IMG/VR virus record: IMGVR_UViG_3300002220_000279
Span: 2,162-66,161 of that record
Direction: 5' to 3' (one strand)
Length of the DNA: 64,000 nucleotides
DNA from: a virus
Lineage: Duplodnaviria > Caudoviricetes
In this document: piece by piece, positions 61,851 through 64,000 of the stretch
Layout of the letters: every line of letters starts with the position of its first letter
Numbering within the stretch: position 1 is the stretch's first letter
Translations under genes and position numbers: made by a program
The notes under the pieces: generated by a model
What the model saw: the letters and a program-made list of their open reading frames with translations, nothing else
The model's database searches: none
Told to the model about the DNA's origin: nothing

Positions 61851-63882
61851 ATGAAAAGATTTATTATATGGTTATTTGGTATAAATAGTGGCGACCTTTG
61901 TAAAACTAATTATTGTGATAAAGAACATCACCTTACTCGGAAAATATCTCAACTTGAGAAAGAACTGCACGATGTAAGGATGCATATTATAACCCGGTTT
62001 GTTATGCATAAGGAACTCTCTAATGAAAATCAATAATAAAAAGATTGATAAACGATTCCCTGTATTTGAAAAACTAAATGCAGAAAATCTTCCATCTAGA
62101 GGTGGATATTATTATTATTTCAAACGGAGTGATGGACTTATTCATTATATACAGTGGTTTCCCGCCTTTTCTCTTAACTCTCAATTTATGAAAAAATACA
62201 AGTATTTTGCTGCCACGCCTCCGCACTTTCCTATTTGGGCGGAGATGGCTAGAAGAAAAGTTCGATTTCACTGCGATGAGTCTCCTCAATCTATAAAATT
62301 ATGGGGACTGTTTTATCCATCAGACGTTAAGAGTTTGGTTAAGAAAGGTTTGCTAATTACATCGGATGGCGAAAAAGAAATTCCCAAATGTATAACTTGG
62401 TATTACCCATCACCGGAAGCTTATGAAAAATATATTTTGCCGCTTATAAAAAAGTATACACTAAAAAATCTGACTTTTTTAGCCGGGTGGATATTCGAAT
62501 CTAATAAAGATTTTGATTAAAATCAAGGAGAAAAAATGAGTGCAAGAATGATTATTATTCTGATTGTATTAGCAATAATGACACCTTTCATTATTAGTTA
62601 TGCATTTTATTCCCTTACTCAAGATACCGTTACTGTTACTGTAACAAAGAGTGAGCGTGTAGTAAAAAGTTCACCAAATGGAGATGGTGGCTCTAATGTA
62701 TCAAGTAAATATCTTGTATTTTCTGAACAAGAGGTTTTAGAAAATACTGATTGCCTTTGGGCTTGGAAATGGGATAGCTCTGATTTTTATGCAAAGATTA
62801 AGCAGGATTCCACGTATACCTTTAAAGTGTATGGCTGGCGCGTACCATTTCTTTCATGGCACAGAAATATTGTGTCAATTGAAACAGTTGGGAAATAGGA
62901 TAATGTTTATTGATAACAGCAATATTGTTGCTTTTGGTGTATTCCAAGTTATTTTATCTGCGTATTACTCCTATTTGGGGCATAATGTGGATAACATATT
63001 TATAGAACTAAATGGTCAGGTAAAAATTAATTTTAGCTCTCCAGCTTATGGAGACGAGTCAGTTTACGTCTGTTCTGCATTGAAAAGCATCTCGCAAAAT
63101 GATTATTTATATGCAGAAAATAATCGCGGAGAATATATCAAAACTAAAATCAAGATAGATACTTTAGGGGAAAGAAATGACTACTCATATGCCACTAAAG
63201 AATTGGCAAGAATGACAAATTTCGCAATAGAAAGATTCTTGCGACCATACGTAATAGACAACATAAAAAAATATAAAAAGGGAGATACTAATGTATTATC
63301 TAACAAGTAAACACTTTAAATGTAAGTCCTGCACAAAATCCGTATTGTCAACCTTTACCAAAAAGGTAAAAAACACAACTATAACCAAAGAATGTATTTT
63401 TATGTATGGATGCCCACACGATTGTGCTGAGCCTAAAGATAAGGTTTATAAGACCAAAGATGGCGAAAAGAAATACAAGCGATTCTATGGGTATTCTCCT
63501 GACCCCAATAAGCAAGCATAAAGCGAGTTTAACGATGTTAAACAAAATAACTGATACGTTGCCTGTTCCAGAGGTTTCCAAAGAGGGAAATGATGTTTTT
63601 GTTGCCCGTTTAGAGAATAATATGGCTGTTATAAACTATATAACCGATGATGACGGCAATACACTTGTGCAAATAAGCACAATCATACAGGGAATTGACC
63701 CTAAAGACAATATACGGGACCGCAGATATACACAACAGATATTGTTTCCGCAGGGAATTTTGTGTCTTTATGATGCCTTGAAAGCATTTACTCATGAGAA
63801 TAGATTCTTTGAGGAATACAAAAAGCAGTTTGAGCAAGAAAAAGAATACCAAGAGAAAATGAAATCAGAACAAGGTAGATAA
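61851..63882 (+). other. six hypothetical genes (61851-62036, 62023-62520, 62536-62898 membrane-anchored, 62903-63310, 63291-63521, 63535-63882)
   Basis: Packed ORFs, TAA/TAG stops. Confidence 0.6.
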
Positions 63883-63888
63883 TAAATA

Positions 63889-64000
63889 ATGAGTGAAAAA
63901 AGTTTAATTGAAAAACACTTTTCTAAAGAACTCAAACAGATAAAGAGTATGACTCTTTCTAATATTGTGAGGACTGCACTTGAAAACGTTAGTGATGATT
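63889..64000 (+). CDS. 5' part of a gene running off the window
   Basis: ATG AGT GAA AAA..., open to the end. Confidence 0.5.
   Translation, partial: MSEKSLIEKHFSKELKQIKSMTLSNIVRTALENVSDD

Noticed and set aside
34160-63852. Minus-strand track ORFs in the accessory region
   Set aside because: All overlap plus-strand genes with RBSs and promoters; composition is typical of shadow ORFs.
1-64000. Suppressor tRNA, other tRNA/rRNA, release factor, CRISPR array
   Set aside because: No cloverleaf (T-loop GTTCRA with matching stems) or repeat-spacer array was seen by eye in the intergenic gaps. A tRNAscan-SE/ARAGORN run is needed to be sure.

Overview
AT-rich 64-kb segment of a large T4-like (jumbo-type) phage genome with three zones. 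(1) 1-15.3 kb, minus strand: head morphogenesis (neck gp13-like, major capsid gp23-like, scaffold, prohead protease gp21-like, portal gp20-like). (2) 15.4-34.6 kb, mostly plus strand: replication/recombination (SSB, RecA, 5'-3' exonuclease, DnaB-like helicase), dTDP-rhamnose enzymes (RmlD; RmlB with a LAGLIDADG intein), glycosyltransferase-like genes, a sigma factor, a dNMP kinase, a 718-aa metallopeptidase/ADP-ribosyltransferase-like protein and ribosomal protein bS21. (3) 34.7-64 kb, plus strand: small accessory genes driven by a repeated TTGCTT-N16-TATACT promoter, including a frameshifted CCA-adding enzyme, MetK, an SbcD-SbcC fusion, an HNH nuclease and a Nudix hydrolase. The main hidden signal is that the supplied ORF track uses the wrong code for many genes. 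I traced 30 in-frame TGA codons in 15 genes of zones 1-2 that read as Trp, several at conserved Trp positions (protease, RmlD, RmlB, ART domain). In zone 3, TGA appears only at gene ends, mostly as ATGA/GTGA stop-start overlaps. The core replication genes and the major capsid contain no TGA. This points to a stage-partitioned dual genetic code. No tRNA, release factor or CRISPR array was seen in this window. All assignments are by eye, from motifs; no database search was run.
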